From Planctomycetota bacterium (GTDB lineage: Bacteria > Planctomycetota > UBA1135 > UBA2386): a DNA stretch of 64,000 bases. Within the stretch, counting starts at the first letter, position 1. Each line of letters starts with the position of its first letter. The stretch spans positions 1,152,001 through 1,216,000 of the forward strand of contig OZ245006.1 of the NCBI GenBank assembly GCA_965223545.1, in the 5' to 3' direction. The notes beneath the pieces are model-generated. The model was not told the DNA's origin. It did not search any database and was given only the letters and a program-made list of their open reading frames with translations. Shown piece by piece: positions 63,055 to 64,000 of the stretch. Made by a program: the position numbers and the translations under genes.

Positions 63055-64000
63055 CTACTTCAGGATCAGGTGTGTGGGGGAATTCGAGTCGGCGGACAAC
63101 CCGACCTCGCCGCGCAGGCCATGCGCACTGGCGACGGTCAAGCGGTGCTCGCCGGGGGGAACTTCGATCGGCACGACGACGACCTCGCCCGGCCGATGGG
63201 GGCGTGCCAGCCGCGAGCGCCAGACGCTGCGACCGCTGGCGTCGTCCAGCGACAGCCAGAGCCACAGGCGGGCGGCGCGATAGGGATGCTCGATCCGCAC
63301 CTCCCGCACTGGGTGCACGGCGAGAGCGACGTCGAGCGTGGTGCCGGCTTCGTTGACCTGGAGCTCACCGGCCGCGAACCCCCGCCGCGCGCCCCAGGCG
63401 ACGTAGCGGTAGCGGCCGGGCGCGAGGCCGGTCTGGCAGCCGCCATCGCGGATCCACAGCTGGCGCAGCCAGCCGTGGTCCGGCGAGTACAGGTCGACCG
63501 TACCCAGAGCCTCCGGCCGCCCCTCGGCATCCGCGACCCGCACCTCGACCGCCGCGGGCGCCACGGTGTCCACCACGCCGAGCGCGATGTCCGCGCGCGG
63601 CGTGAACGGCCCCGTGGTCGCCCAGATACCGGTCGCATCGGCGACCACGAGGTTCACCTCCCGCGCCGGCAGCGCCGGCACCGCGAAGCGCCCGTCGAAG
63701 CGGTCCACCTCGGCAGCGGTCCGGTGCCACGCGCCGACCACCTCGACTCTCAGCTGCGGCTCCTGCAGCGCTGGTCCGCGCACTACGCCGCTGAGAGCCC
63801 CGCGCGGCAACGCGTCCTCGGGAACGGTGATGGACACCGGATCGCGATCGGCGAGCACTTGGCCGACGCAAACCGCCGGCCGCCGTGAAAGGCCCGGCGC
63901 GGTGACGCACAGATCGACGGGCGTGGTTCCGCACGCGCTCAGCTCGAACCGGCCATGGCGATCGGTTTCGACCTCGACGCCCTCGGCGGCGATGGACACT
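63055..64000 (-). CDS. Carboxypeptidase-regulatory-like domain protein (start lies beyond window)
   Basis: 'ETDRHGRFEL', 'DGRFAVPALP', 'V.VRV.DAEGRP', 'LAPGRY' prealbumin-like repeats. Confidence 0.65.
   Translation of the reverse strand, partial: VSIAAEGVEVETDRHGRFELSACGTTPVDLCVTAPGLSRRPAVCVGQVLADRDPVSITVPEDALPRGALSGVVRGPALQEPQLRVEVVGAWHRTAAEVDRFDGRFAVPALPAREVNLVVADATGIWATTGPFTPRADIALGVVDTVAPAAVEVRVADAEGRPEALGTVDLYSPDHGWLRQLWIRDGGCQTGLAPGRYRYVAWGARRGFAAGELQVNEAGTTLDVALAVHPVREVRIEHPYRAARLWLWLSLDDASGRSVWRSRLARPHRPGEVVVVPIEVPPGEHRLTVASAHGLRGEVGLSADSNSPTHLILK

Noticed and set aside
59998..63888. 1296-aa plus-strand ORF
   Set aside because: Antisense shadow of the ELWxxDGT and neighbouring genes; high-GC codon bias removes stops; no motifs.

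Overview
High-GC bacterial window. The protein families (ELWxxDGT and SBBP-repeat exoproteins, FHA-GAF-PP2C, large TPR lipoproteins) suggest Planctomycetota, but this is inference. Left to right: a STAS/RsbW partner-switch pair; a five-gene amino-sugar glycan cassette; a lower-GC islet bounded by direct repeats; an FHA-GAF-PP2C gene; and a + strand run (TPM protein, frameshifted M1 peptidase, S41 protease, 816-aa unknown, tsaD, larB, carA). A ~27-kb minus-strand run follows, in transcription order: Gly-type single-module NRPS, STAS-MlaE/MlaF/MlaD/PqiC-like MCE transporter, Ig-like lipoprotein, queC, lipoprotein, rpsO, pnp, a giant sigma54 activator, a mini-Skp, two secretins and gspK. The right end holds two TPR proteins, a GH9, an intact IS1634-family element, a disrupted SBBP protein and an ELWxxDGT protein. 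The best candidate for an undescribed system is 18056-29174. There, a ~1900-aa multi-pass sigma54 enhancer-binding protein with an extracytoplasmic CBM9-like domain lies directly upstream of helically phased repeats and a -24/-12 promoter. That promoter faces a tentacle-less Skp, twin lipoprotein secretins and a GspK pseudopilin. Three secreted proteins in the window also end in a related C-terminal domain that may be a sorting signal. No tRNA, rRNA or CRISPR array was recognised. All family calls are from motif recognition by eye; no searches were run.
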